This document shows positions 1-12,764 of a stretch of DNA of 57,153 bases, piece by piece. The stretch comes from Octopus bimaculoides (lineage: Eukaryota). The notes under the pieces were generated by a model. The model saw only the letters and a list, made by a program, of their open reading frames with translations, was not told the DNA's origin and made no database searches. How positions within the stretch are numbered: the first letter of the stretch is position 1; the number at the start of each line of letters is the position of its first letter. The position numbers were made by a program, and so were the translations under genes. Where the stretch lies: NCBI RefSeq assembly GCF_001194135.2, contig NC_068981.1, positions 169,658,765 to 169,715,917 of the forward strand, in the 5' to 3' direction.

Positions 1-240
1 ATTGTTGACGGATTATTTTTAGAAAACATAGGAGATTTCTTAGAGACACAATTTAGAGGTAGTCTCTCTCCCACACGCACTCTCTCTTTCTCTCTTATTG
101 GAAGCTGAAGATTCTTGTATCATATTTTTGGGCTTCTCATCATTGAGACAGGTCACAGACGGGAATTGAACTCAAAATCTTGGTGTTAAGAGCGCGCGCT
201 ACTAACCCCAAGATTCCGAGTTCGATTCCAAGCCGTGAAG

Positions 241-242
<2 letters not shown>

Positions 243-337
<95 letters not shown>

Positions 338-347
338 TAATAATAAC

Positions 348-401
<54 letters not shown>
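243..401. repeat. (AAT)n microsatellite with two AAC variants
   Basis: Read directly. It explains the poly-N/L/I/Y ORFs at 140-554. Confidence 0.99.
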
Positions 402-451
402 TACATAAAAATACCTTAGCAATGAAAACCCAGGTTTCGAAATTTCCCCAA

Positions 452-497
452 GACACCTGATGAAGGCTGGAGGGTATATGAGCCGAAACGTTGTGTT
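452..497 (+). ncRNA. Minimal type I hammerhead ribozyme motif
   Basis: Stem I GACAC (452-456)/GTGTT (493-497), core CTGATGA (457-463) plus an extra A, stem II GGCT (465-468)/AGCC (481-484), GAAA (485-488). Stem III is loop-less and palindromic (AACGTT); the cleavage triplet is GUU. Confidence 0.8.
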
Positions 498-582
498 AAC
501 AACAAGATGAGGACAAATATCGGTCAAATGTAAATAATGTACACAATTCCTCATCTCTTAAATATAGAACTGTATTGATAGA

Positions 583-660
583 GCCTGGGGTCGATTTATT
601 CGACTAAAGGCGGTGCTCCAGCATGGCTGCAGTCAAATGACTGAAAAAAATAAAAGAGTA
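583..660 (+). mobile_element. SINE family B, 3' fragment
   Basis: GGGGTCGATTTATTCGACTAAAGGCGGTGCTCCAGCATGGCTGCAGTCAAATGACTGAAA matches the reverse complement of 51208-51290 and the copies at 14.3, 40.9 and 50.2 kb. Confidence 0.85.
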
Positions 661-1269
661 TATATATGTGTGTGCGTGTGTGTGTGTGATATATATGTCT
701 TCATTAACTCAGTCCTATTATTTCTTTTAACAGATTTAATAAACACAATCATAAACGTAGCTACATTTTACGATATATATTTGCTAAATATTGAAGGATG
801 AGTCAATCTAGAAGGAGATAATGTGACAATTTCTGTTTTAAAAACGACTAATTAGAGGAATATATTAAAACACAATGTGTGGAAGAGAATAGTTAAATTT
901 AAAGGTGTGTGATTATATACGGCATTCCGTATTCTTCTAAACAGAATCGTAGATAAGATGAAATATTTTGAGAATCTTCAGATAATAATGAAGTCATTAA
1001 GTATTGGAGATAGCCGAATTATTTAATTCTAACGCAGCATAAATAAAGCAACGTCTTAATCTAACTGAAAATCAAGAAAAGTAATTCGTTAGAATATAAA
1101 ACAACCTTATCTGTTATTTGCAAATGAGTATGACCTACAAGTTTATGCTAAGTTTTACAATTTGCCTTGGATGCCTAAATAGTCTACACATACAGATATC
1201 TTTTCTGTTCTCCCACTCTTGGTATAATAAATCCTTGAAGTGTACCAAAAGACACAAATGAGAGCTACC

Positions 1270-1406
1270 TCAGCATTCTGCTGGTACTCGCTAGAGCAAT
1301 GAACAATAAATTGTCTTGCTGAAAGACACACGTATTCACTTAGGTTATCATTCCTCACATCCACAGCATTACAATAATGTGGCCAACACTCTGACCACTA
1401 GGTTAC
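1270..1406 (-). mobile_element. Degenerate tRNA-derived SINE 5' part
   Basis: TGTCTTGCTGAAAGACACAC and AACACTCTGACCACTAGG resemble the antisense of a tRNA head plus core region. Heavily diverged. Confidence 0.4.
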
Positions 1407-2744
1407 ATTTCTTACCTGTTTGTTTGTCTTCTGTGTTTACATTAGAAAATAGTTAAGAATATAAATGGATGCAATAATGAAGAGCTAGAAAAGGTTAAAA
1501 GTTTGAAATAGGAGTAGAAACATAGTAGTTTCAGTGTACGGAGAAATAAATCATGTTATCAAATAAAGATATTGGTTAAACGTTAAGGCATAGGAATATA
1601 CATTCTTTTCAGGCAAAGCACTAAAAGTAAATAAAAAGGGAATGAGGATAAAAGTGTGCAAGCTTGCAATATGAGATGTATAAGACTGTATAATCTGAAA
1701 TAATTATTGAATATGTAAATATATAATTGGTTGAATTACTGTTGATTAAAAACAGATATAGAAACTAAATACAGTAAAAAATCACACTTTATCATCATTG
1801 ATTAATAGTCGTGCAGGAATTTGTGTTGGTAAGCAGTTTAATAACTAAATAAATATATTATTTAGACGGATGTACAATTGTGTCAACATTTGAACAATTA
1901 AAGGAATGCAATAAATGGTTAATCACTACCACATTAAAATTTCTGGGTTTAGTAAATAGTATTTTATAGTTTTACTGATATACTATTATAAAATAGGAAT
2001 GCTGTAATGACAAAAACCTAATGGCTGTTAGTGAAACCATTATGTTATTATCATTATTATTATCAATGACGGTTAATAGAAAAGTATTTTAGAACTATAT
2101 GAAGTTTATTGGGGATATAAAGTATGAAAACGAAATATATATGCAGCAATATACTAGGCGAAAGTGTATTAAATAAATGATTAACTATTTAGAAATATAA
2201 TAAGTCCTAAATATTTTAATGTTTTAACTCTCATATATCTGCAAGATGAAACTAACTATAAATGTCCATGTAACTGAAGGTTGACGAGCACAGCATATGA
2301 TTTTTAATGCAAAGCTAACAAGGTTTTTTTTCATTTTTAGCCAAAGATTTTGCAAAAAATAAAAATGTTGTTGACTTTGTAATCTGACGTATCTGCAGTG
2401 ATTTGCTGTATCTACTTTACTATTTTAAAAAATTTCGTTGATAAAAATTATTTTGCGGTTGAATCTATTTGTAAAATTGAAATTGAGTTATTGTTGACTT
2501 CCATTCAATAAACAATTATTTTCGCCCCAAAGATTTTTATGTGGGTAACTGTTGAAGCTGACAATCGTAATTGAATGAATTTAGTTACGTAATTAGCGTT
2601 TCAATTGCAATAGAAAAATGTACACTAATGGTCACGCAAAATTGCGTGAATAGTTAAATACAAGAATTTAACATTATCAAATATATATTTTTTTTTTTGC
2701 CTACAAGGGGAAAAACTTAGATGGGACAAACAAGTACAGACAAA

Positions 2745-2893
2745 GGGATTAAGTCGACCCCAGTGCGTAATAGGTACTTACTTAATCAACCCCGAAAAGA
2801 TGAAAAGCAAAGTCGACTTCGACGAAATTTGAACTCAGAACGTAGCTAAGCATTTCGTCCGGCGCGCTGACGATTCTGACAGCTTGCTGCCTT
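2745..2893 (-). mobile_element. SINE family A
   Basis: Antisense of the head GCAGCAAGCTGTCAGAATCGTCAGCGCGCCGGACGAAATGCTTAG, B-box-like GAGTTCAAATT and central GACTTTGCTTTTCATCTTTTCGGGGTTGAT. Homologous to 25985-26190. Confidence 0.85.
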
Positions 2894-2917
2894 AACATTA
2901 TTAAATATTACTTGTTA

Positions 2918-3140
2918 AAAGCGATGACGTGACAGAATCTTCAGCGTGCCGGACAAAATGTTTACCAGTATTTCGCCCGTTTGAACAGTATACTTTCAAA
3001 TTCCGCCGAAGTTGACTTTGTATTTTATTATTTCGGATTCGAAAAATTAATTTATCAGTCAGCCATTGGAATCGATGTAATTGACTATCCAGTGTCTCTG
3101 AAAATTTCAAGGTTTGTGCCTGTAGAAGACAAGAATATTA
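2918..3140 (+). mobile_element. SINE family A (diverged)
   Basis: GTGACAGAATCTTCAGCGTGCCGGACAAAATG...TTCAAATTCCGCCGAAGTTGACTTTG...TTTGTGCCTGTAGAAGA aligns with the 25985-26190 copy. Confidence 0.75.
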
Positions 3141-4104
3141 TTCCTTTAAGGAATTCGAGATATTTTGGCTTGGAAATTGCTGGCAAAGGATAAGAAAATA
3201 ATGTATTTACAGCTGTTAACAGTTCTAAATTCAACAGCAACTGTGCCAATCAATGCCGTATGAGGAATCATACGATTGTATTTCACTTGTGCCCTTATAA
3301 ATGCATCATCTGAGTGCTACTTTATAATTTGTAGTTGACTTGTATGAAAATACGTATATATTCTAAAGGTACATATTAAAGTAACTCATTAGCGTGTAGG
3401 TAGATTTTGAATACATACTGATTATATATGAAAATGTGTGAAGTTTTTTCACATGTTTTCTAAGGTTAGTATTAAGAGGTGTCTGGGTAAAACAACATCT
3501 TGTTGATTATTTCCAGAAATACATCTACATAAATTGAACCAGTTTGGACAAGGGAATTTCTGTTATTCCTAAATGTTAAAAGTGTGATTTGGGTATGGTT
3601 AAAAAGTTAGTGTTTTTACCTAAATCTATTTCGCTTCTCTTGTTATCAATACACTGATCTTCTTTTCTTATGTTATAAAACGACTCATATTTTAGTACAG
3701 ATTAACGATAGAATTAAACAGAAAACAGTGATAGCCGTATGAGCTATTCTCAATGAAACTGAATTGATCAAAACTCAGTTAATTTTTTTAAAGTATTTGT
3801 CCCAACTCAGTTTCGAAGTGGCTCGATATCCCTTCTTGACTCGATACTTTAAAATCAGGACCAAAAAAAAAAAGTCTTCGAACGAATGCAACAAAAAGTT
3901 TCAGAATTTTATCTTTACCATATTCAAACGTAATTTACTTTTGTTGTCTTTTTTATATTCTATAGTTTAACTATTTGGAAATCGTGTTCGATTCCGAAAA
4001 TCCACTAGTCTGAAATCAGTGAAAAGATATCTATAATTTCGAATAAACTTTCGAAAGCGCTATCGCAGATTGCCACACCATAATGACTATAACTTTTAAA
4101 ACAT

Positions 4105-4190
4105 TACATACACACACTCGTGTGCACGTGCGATTACACACACACACACACACACACATACACACATTCACACACACACACACACACACA

Positions 4191-4222
<32 letters not shown>

Positions 4223-4237
4223 TTCACACACACACCT
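4105..4237. repeat. Imperfect (CA)n
   Basis: Read directly. Confidence 0.97.
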
Positions 4238-4698
4238 ACGCGCACAGAAAAATATAAGTAAGAGAAAAAAAAATCTGAGCGTACATCTTAATTCGTCGAA
4301 AACCCAGGCAAATATTCACGAAAGAGTTGAATAAAACATTTAACATAAATTAAATTATTCAGAGCTGCGAGTATGTCTACATGAGAAAAGTGGAGCTGAA
4401 TTGAAGAATCCGGAACACAAAATACAAAATAGAGATGCATAAATTACCTTTCACAGTATACAATGTTGCCAATATCAATTTGATGAATGGAATCAAATGA
4501 TTTGATAAGACTTGACAATTGTTTGTACATTTATTCAAATGCTATGACAGTGAGTAATGGATCATTAAATGGTTTTTATCTCAAAAGTGATTAAAAATGC
4601 CTACACTTCTCCTGTTTCGCGTGTTACCGGTCTGTCTGTCTGTTTATTTCTCTCTCTACCTATCTATATACCCATCTGCCTGTCTGCTTCTCTCTTTC

Positions 4699-4729
<31 letters not shown>

Positions 4730-4792
4730 CTCTCAAGATATTACTTATCTGCTTATATGTCTTATATGTCACTCTCTGTGTTTATATGTGTC

Positions 4793-4893
<101 letters not shown>

Positions 4894-5065
4894 GTAAAAT
4901 TTTCTGTCTGTCAGTCTATCTGATTGACAGTATGCATGCTTCCATGCATGAACGCATATATGTTCGTCCATCGATGTAAACATATAAATATATTCTATAT
5001 ACTTAATTATTCAATCTGCTTCTCTCTTTGTGCTCCCTTTATATACACGTGCGCCCACAAATATA

Positions 5066-5230
5066 TTGACGTAGACCCCAGTGTTTCATTGGTAGTTAAT
5101 TTATCGATCGAGAAAGGATGGAAGGCAAAGATGACCTCGGCAGAATTTGAACTCAGAACGTCAAGACAGACGAAATACTGCTAAGCATTTCTCCCGGCGT
5201 GCTAAGGATTGTACCAAGCTCACCGCCTTA
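5066..5230 (-). mobile_element. SINE family A
   Basis: AAAGGATGGAAGGCAAAGATGACCTCGGCAGAATTTGAACTCAGAACG...CTAAGCATTTCTCCCGGCGTGCTAA, the same family in antisense. Confidence 0.85.
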
Positions 5231-5700
5231 TAGTAATAATAATAATACATACATACATTCACACACAGACACACACACTTCCTTTGTAACATTTAGAACC
5301 AAGTATTGTTAAGCTTGCTGCTGATCATCATCAGCAGGGATCACACTGATGTGCACACATCCAATGCAGTCGGTAAATATTGCTGTAAATAAAATGTAGT
5401 TCTGTTTCTAAATAAATCATAAGAAACATTACTAGGTTAGCGTTCATATTGGTGTGGTGGTGGCAGTAAAGTTATCCCGTCTGTGGGATGCACGTGACAA
5501 TTCCTTTAAAAAATTATTGAGTTGAACAACTGAGTCAGTAGACAGGAATCCATCACCACCTTCGATATGCATATATACATATGCATTATATGTAATTTAT
5601 ACATTGATATATTCATAAACTGGCGTGCTCATATGAATATAATTATATGTAAAATTATACACATCAACACAAACATGTATGTATATATATATATATATAT

Positions 5701-6495
5701 NNNNNNNNNNNNNNNNNNNNNNNNNNNNNNNNNNNNNNNNNNNNNNNNNNNNNNNNNNNNNNNNNNNNNNNNNNNNNNNNNNNNNNNNNNNNNNNNNNNN
5801 NNNNNNNNNNNNNNNNNNNNNNNNNNNNNNNNNNNNNNNNNNNNNNNNNNNNNNNNNNNNNNNNNNNNNNNNNNNNNNNNNNNNNNNNNNNNNNNNNNNN
5901 NNNNNNNNNNNNNNNNNNNNNNNNNNNNNNNNNNNNNNNNNNNNNNNNNNNNNNNNNNNNNNNNNNNNNNNNNNNNNNNNNNNNNNNNNNNNNNNNNNNN
6001 NNNNNNNNNNNNNNNNNNNNNNNNNNNNNNNNNNNNNNNNNNNNNNNNNNNNNNNNNNNNNNNNNNNNNNNNNNNNNNNNNNNNNNNNNNNNNNNNNNNN
6101 NNNNNNNNNNNNNNNNNNNNNNNNNNNNNNNNNNNNNNNNNNNNNNNNNNNNNNNNNNNNNNNNNNNNNNNNNNNNNNNNNNNNNNNNNNNNNNNNNNNN
6201 NNNNNNNNNNNNNNNNNNNNNNNNNNNNNNNNNNNNNNNNNNNNNNNNNNNNNNNNNNNNNNNNNNNNNNNNNNNNNNNNNNNNNNNNNNNNNNNNNNNN
6301 NNNNNNNNNNNNNNNNNNNNNNNNNNNNNNNNNNNNNNNNNNNNNNNNNNNNNNNNNNNNNNNNNNNNNNNNNNNNNNNNNNNNNNNNNNNNNNNNNNNN
6401 NNNNNNNNNNNNNNNNNNNNNNNNNNNNNNNNNNNNNNNNNNNNNNNNNNNNNNNNNNNNNNNNNNNNNNNNNNNNNNNNNNNNNNNNNNNNNNN
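5701..6495. other. Assembly gap (N run) flanked by (TA)n. The other gaps are 9229-9310, 17346-18041, 19357-19818, 20291-20300, 21976-22163, 23891-24097, 34141-34150, 35163-35417, 38994-39017, 43856-44279, 46063-46072 and 51362-51731
   Basis: N characters. Nearly every gap abuts a microsatellite, as is typical of short-read scaffolding. Confidence 0.99.
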
Positions 6496-8821
6496 TATAT
6501 ATATATATATATAGTGAGAGAGAGAGATAGAGAGATAGAGAGAGAGAGAGTGAGAGAGAGAGAGAGAGAGTATTTGTATGTACGAGTGCGCGAGTATCTT
6601 TATAGATGTGGGGATCAAACCTGGAACTCGTTGACATTTTAACAATAATATGTGTACGATCGGATTATTGAACAGTCTTTCCCTCTTTTAAGAGCTTGGA
6701 TGTAGCTTGAGGATGCCATTGCTAATTCAAGCAAATTGAAGGAACACAATTAGTTGCCCTTTTTGTATGTATTAAACATTGGTTTAATGAATTTGCTGTA
6801 TAACATAATTGATGTTGTACGTGTAAAAGTTACTATGGATTCTGCAACCAATGGTCACTTATTTTGACTTATTTCTTTTTCTAGAAACAACAAATTCGAT
6901 TTATAAATATATTCAGATACACACTTAATTATGTATAATCAGGTTTATTTTCTAACAGAATTCTCGAGCTGCGGAGGTATGATTTACACAGTTTACAGTA
7001 AATGCAATTATAGATTATTCAGATAAATATTAAACATTTCTGCCACCCGCACCAGAAATCATTCACTGGTGTAGCTGTCTGTAACTACAGCTACTAATAT
7101 GGCCATGCCATTCTCAGCAGCCTTGTTACATAACACCTCATCCTAGAGTCACATTCTCTTTGTATCTCCTTCTCACGCTCTATCTTAAACATCAAGTAAA
7201 TATTAAGTAAAAATTCTAAAAATTATTTATTCTCAAATCTGAATCACTCGGAAAAAGTTACCATGTTCCCGATTACCTTTTGCAATAAAAGGAAAAAAAG
7301 AAGCTCCAACCGAGTATCAATTGCATGTACATTACAGATCTGGTAGTTAAAACATATAATGGTATCTACACTCCCTCCGAATGTTTGTAATTTTTAAGAC
7401 AAAACATTGCTTACAACTCCACGAGGCACATAGTTAATTTTTATCGATTCTTGTATATGAAAGGTATGGCGTCGCCTTAAAAATAAAAGGGAAACGAAGC
7501 TTCAAATTTATTTGAATTCAGTATCTAAGAAAATGAAATTAGATATCAAATGCATATAGTCATAGGTTTCACTATTTTCGGTTTGACTATTTTGACCTAG
7601 GGAACCAGTGAAAATGGGGTGATCCAATACCTCATTAGAGGAATTACTAAGCGTAGCATTTTGAATCAAGCAATATAATAATATGATAAAATTCAAAGAA
7701 ATAATCAATTAATTTCCTACTTTATTCAAAATCTAATTAAAACCTTTAATTTTAATTAATGTATCAACGTTATGGAATTTAATGCACCTTCTTAAACGCT
7801 GATAATTTTTTATACTTTTATATTTATTTATTAACTAATTCATCGTTCCATAAATTCCAAATACAAGTGTTCGTGATTTCACGTCCTGATGGTTATATGT
7901 CTCTCTCCCTCCTTCTTCCTCTCTATTTCATATCCACTGCATAGAATATGATAAGACGCACATTGGACTCTATTGATATGTAGCCTCTATCGAAGATGGC
8001 CGTATCGCACAACGTCAAATAGCGTGCTATTGAATGCACACGGTAATAAGGGAATAATTTATTTCTCTCAGCGACATTCGAAAAGACCAGAGGCCATCTC
8101 TAGATGTGCACAAAAAACAATTCAGCAAGATTTTACAAATGTCTGTTCTTGAAAATGAAGCGCCTTCATATCATTCGCACCCAAGAGGAGGACATTGGAA
8201 CAATAGCAATTCTAGTATCACTTAAAACAAAAATAAATAAATAAATAAATAAACCCATTAATTATTTCATAGCGCGGTGCTTTAGAATAACTTAGCAAAC
8301 CATTCTCCGGAAAATTTGCTCATCCATGGCCTTGCAATATTTTTCTGATACACATTCAAGCTGTATTAACATAGTTTGTTGGCATCCCTCCATGTAATTC
8401 TGCTATTCGTACAGCAAATGATATAGTAGTGAGAATCATTCATATTGAAATTAAAATTGAAGCGTTTAGGTAGGTAGATTCTTACGAAAAATGATATCAC
8501 ACATACATGCAAACATTCTACACGTCTGCATTCGAATAATCACCTTTGACGTACACATATATCGTAAAGCACAGACGAAAAGGACAGATTGAAATAATGG
8601 CAGATGAACATTTCAATAGACTGATATTGTTACACGAACATTTATATACATATGTGTTTATATATGTATATACATATATATATATAAAACTTTGTATGTA
8701 TATGCATATATAAATATATGTATATGAATATTTATATGTATATATATACATATATATGTGTGTGTGTATATGAATATGTATGTATGTATGTATTATGAAT
8801 GTATGTATGTATGTATGTATT

Positions 8822-8855
<34 letters not shown>

Positions 8856-9191
8856 TGTGCGTTTAAATATAAGATCCAGGGATCGAAGTGTAAAAAAAAA
8901 TTGTTAGTTAACTTCAAGCAATCCTTAGTAAATATAAAAAACAACTTTCAGGGACAATAGTGCCTTATTGAGACGGAAAGATGTGGATTTTTTTCGTATC
9001 TGACTGAATCTCACGTGTGTTAACATATACCTCCTTGCGACAATGCAAACGTTCATTTAATCAAGATATCCTTGGCTTAAAGAGTAGGCTCCAGTATACA
9101 CTTCGCTCGGATGGTTAGCACTTCTGAGGTCCTGCTCGCTATGAAACATGTGGCCCGGATCTTATCTACTCCATTCCTTAAATCTTGCGTA

Positions 9192-9228
<37 letters not shown>

Positions 9229-9348
9229 NNNNNNNNNNNNNNNNNNNNNNNNNNNNNNNNNNNNNNNNNNNNNNNNNNNNNNNNNNNNNNNNNNNNNNNN
9301 NNNNNNNNNNATATTTATATATATATATATATGTTTGTGTGTTTGTTT

Positions 9349-9415
<67 letters not shown>

Positions 9416-10586
9416 CACACACATATATTAGAGCAAAAATCAAAATCTAGGCAGAACGAGTCTCTCCAGGTATTTAGAATAATTTAATTAGGGTAAGGTG
9501 AATTAGAAATCTTACAGCCGTTTCTGGGATAACCCAAGCAGTAGTTAGTATGTATGCGCAGTGGGTAATACTTCATATAAAATAGAAGAATGAAGGAGTA
9601 AGCAGAAGAATAGAGATGCGAACATTATTCTCCTGCTTATATTCTTCTAAATACCTTTAACCGCTATACCTGTTCTGCCTTGATTTTGATTTTCCCTCTA
9701 ATATATACCTGCTATAACGGAACCCTAGATCCAGTCTTCGCTATAATTTTGGAACCGAACGGTCGACCAACTATAGCACTTTCTCAGTTTACCTGTTCGT
9801 TTAGATCAGAAGTGAACTAAATCCCTCATATTCTCTAAGTATAAATATATATATATATATATATATATGTTTGTGTGTGCGCGTCTGTGTGTGTATGTAT
9901 GTCTGTATATATGTATGTATGTATGTATGCATGTTTCAATGTATGTATACGTATATGTCATATGTTTATGTAGGTACATTCGATACAGAAATATACAATT
10001 CCCTGTAGGTAAAAGATTTTATGTACCGGGAAATTTTCTTCATATAGTTTTGGAAAAGGTCTATCATAAAATAGACATTGTTTGCTTCAGATGTCATAAA
10101 ATGTCAAATTTTCTATCCAGCGAAAACGAAAAACAAATAATTGACAATGAAAATAAAAATATAAGGGTTTTTAACCCAGTCGGCTAGAACAAGATGTTTT
10201 TTGTTTCCTCTTTCTGAATACGTATATGGTTAGATATTCGCTTGCTGGATTCTGGTGTTGTGTATTTATATTTCTCTTTTCGCTTCAATAAAATACATCA
10301 TTCACTCCGTACATCATAGTATAAGTTGGATAGCTTCAAAATCACTTTCATTCCGCGTTACATATATAAAACATAGAGAAAAAGACAAACGCATAATAAC
10401 ATTTATGTATGTATGTATGTATGTATGTATGTATCTATCTATCTATCTATTTGCGTATGTGTGTATGTGTAAGTCTGTGTATTTATATCTATTCTACATA
10501 TTTCTTATATATATTTTAATAGGTATGACAGATATTAATACATTCATGCATTGATGCATACACATGATTACATAAACATACACATT

Positions 10587-10628
<42 letters not shown>

Positions 10629-10824
10629 GATACATACATATATGTATGCATATATAGATACATGTATATATGCATGCATATACAAAATTACACACACATG
10701 CACAGAAACATACAAACACGTTCACACACACACAGACACAGACACACATATAAACGATCTAGTTCCGCAAATGTTTCTGGCTTCAGTTTTCATATTTAAC
10801 TTAATTTTCAGACGCTAAAAATAA

Positions 10825-10857
<33 letters not shown>

Positions 10858-11367
10858 TCTTTGGAGAACACTCGTATAACAATGTATTCTGATTTAGCGT
10901 ATAGTACTAAATATGTTAGGGCACAGTGCTTCTTACATATTAACGCAGCTAGACATGATTTATTTTCCCTTGATAACATGGAAATGTTGTAACAGATTAA
11001 AGTATGTATGAACAAATATACGAAGAATGAAATAATAATTCAAATATCCGAATATAGCACGAAATGAGAATATGTAGAAAAAAGATCCAGGAAAGCATGT
11101 AGGTGTTCTGAAAATAATATATTCAGTTTTGGTTGCGTAAAACAAGAAAGCAAGGATATAAGTGTTATACGTGATAATAGATTAGTTATTAAAAAAAATA
11201 CATAACTTCTGTAGTAGTATATTCAATCTTGTGGTGTAAACAACCAATACATTAGCATGTCCTTATCACAGTGACGCAATTTGCTAAAGGTCTTTGAACG
11301 TGCGTCTAGATCATTTGCAGAATTGTTAACGTTCTGCAATTTGAATAGCTTTTCGACTCTGTGTGTG

Positions 11368-11445
<78 letters not shown>

Positions 11446-11574
11446 GGGTAGGAAATTAGAGAAATTTTCTATCGGGTGTCTTTTGAGGTGTCCTCTTTTG
11501 TGTATAAATGTACACTAATATATATATATATATATATATATATGCGATACATACATACTTTCATATATATATAT

Positions 11575-12681
11575 GAAGATATGGTAATTAAAATTCATTA
11601 AAATGCCAGATCTATCGGACTTTCAAACAGGTCAAATTGTTGGTGCTCGTATGGCAGGCGCTAGCGTAACGAAAACAGCCGAAATGTTTGGTGTATCTTG
11701 AAGTACTGTCTCGAAAGTAATGACAACCTTTGAGAAAGAGGTAACAACCTCCTCGTTGAAACAAAACTCCGGAAGAAAACCAAAAGTTTCAGATAGGGAC
11801 CGTCGGACTCTTACATGAATTGTTAGAAAGGATCACAAAATTACAACTCCCAAAATTACTGCAGAGCTTAATGACCACATCGAGAATCCAGTTTCCACAA
11901 AAAGTGTTCTCTGGGGGCTGCACAAACCCGAATTGCACGGGAGGGCTGCAATCAGAAAAGCACAACTTTCAAAAACAAACGTTGCAAAACGTTTTGAGTG
12001 GCGTAAAAGCCTACAGATTTTGTCCCTAGAGCAGTGGAAGAATGTTATTTTCTCGGACGAGTTATCCATTACCCTATTTCCGACCAGCGGCCGAGTATAC
12101 GTGTGGAGACAGCCAAAGGAAGCATTTGACCCAGACTGCATACTTCCAACTGTTAAACATAGAAGAGGATCTGTTATGATCGGAGGTGGGGATGGGGGCT
12201 ATATCTTGGTAATCCGCCGTTCCTAAGGTTTCCCTACATGGCAGAATTAATATTCAAAACTATTTAAGTATTTTATCTGAGGAAATTCATCCTAAGTTTG
12301 CGGAACAATTTCCGGACGAAAACGCAATCTTTCGGGATGATAATGTACCAATTCACATTGAATGACACGAGGAACATTCTAGTGAAGTCGAACATCTCAT
12401 GTGGCCACCACAGTTCCCAAATCTCAATATCATTGAACATTTATGGTGCATTTTAGAAAAACAAGTTAGGAGTCGATATCCTCCACCATCATCAAAACAA
12501 GAACTGGAGATAGTTTTAGCTGAAGAATGGACAAAATTTCCTTTGGAAACAATTCAGATTTTGAACAAGTTCATATCTCGTAGATTTCAACCTGTAATTA
12601 CTGCCAAAGGCGGCCCTACCACATATTAAAATTAATTTGTTTGAAATTTTAAGGTGTTTCCATTATTTTGTCCAACTCCTA
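11575..12681 (+). mobile_element. Tc1-like DNA transposon remnant, right TIR retained
   Basis: The reverse complement of 12653-12681 reads TAGGAGTTGGACAAAATAATGGAAACACC (Tc1-like TIR), followed by TA. No matching left TIR is seen. (TA)n arrays lie on both sides. Confidence 0.88.
11603..12629 (+). pseudogene. Tc1-family (DD34E-type) transposase pseudogene
   Basis: Starts MPDLSDFQTGQIVGARMAGASVTKTAEMFGVS*STVSKVM...GRKPK, then VIFSDE, RVYVWR, DNVPIH, WPPQFPNLNIIEHLW and ends AKGGPTTY*. In-frame stops, a frameshift and a small deletion inactivate it. Confidence 0.93.
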
Positions 12682-12694
12682 TACATATACATGC

Positions 12695-12764
<70 letters not shown>

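Larger units (their letters stand above)
175..574 (+). mobile_element. tRNA-headed short element with internal (AAT)n and a hammerhead-bearing, Penelope pLTR-like 3' part
   Basis: A-box-like TGGTGTTAAGAG (181-192), anticodon-loop-like CTACTAA, B-box GTTCGATTCC (220-229). Then (AAT)n 243-401, a hammerhead fold 452-497 and a 9-bp hairpin AGATGAGGA (505-513)/TCCTCATCT (548-556). Confidence 0.6.

Noticed and set aside
1416-1484. Minus-strand segment with strong acceptor and donor (CTAG|...CAG|GTAAGA)
   Set aside because: The frame read through has a stop and no coding evidence was found. It could be a UTR exon, but it also shows how readily splice-like pairs arise by chance here.
5310-5345. Minus-strand CTGATGA near a short inverted repeat
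   Set aside because: No downstream GAAA or NUH.
7508-7708. Minus ORF with a signal-peptide-like hydrophobic start
   Set aside because: It begins at TTG rather than ATG, and T-rich DNA readily gives such hydrophobic runs.
8040-8400. Possible DNA-transposon remnant
   Set aside because: No TIR pair or diagnostic transposase motif could be read.
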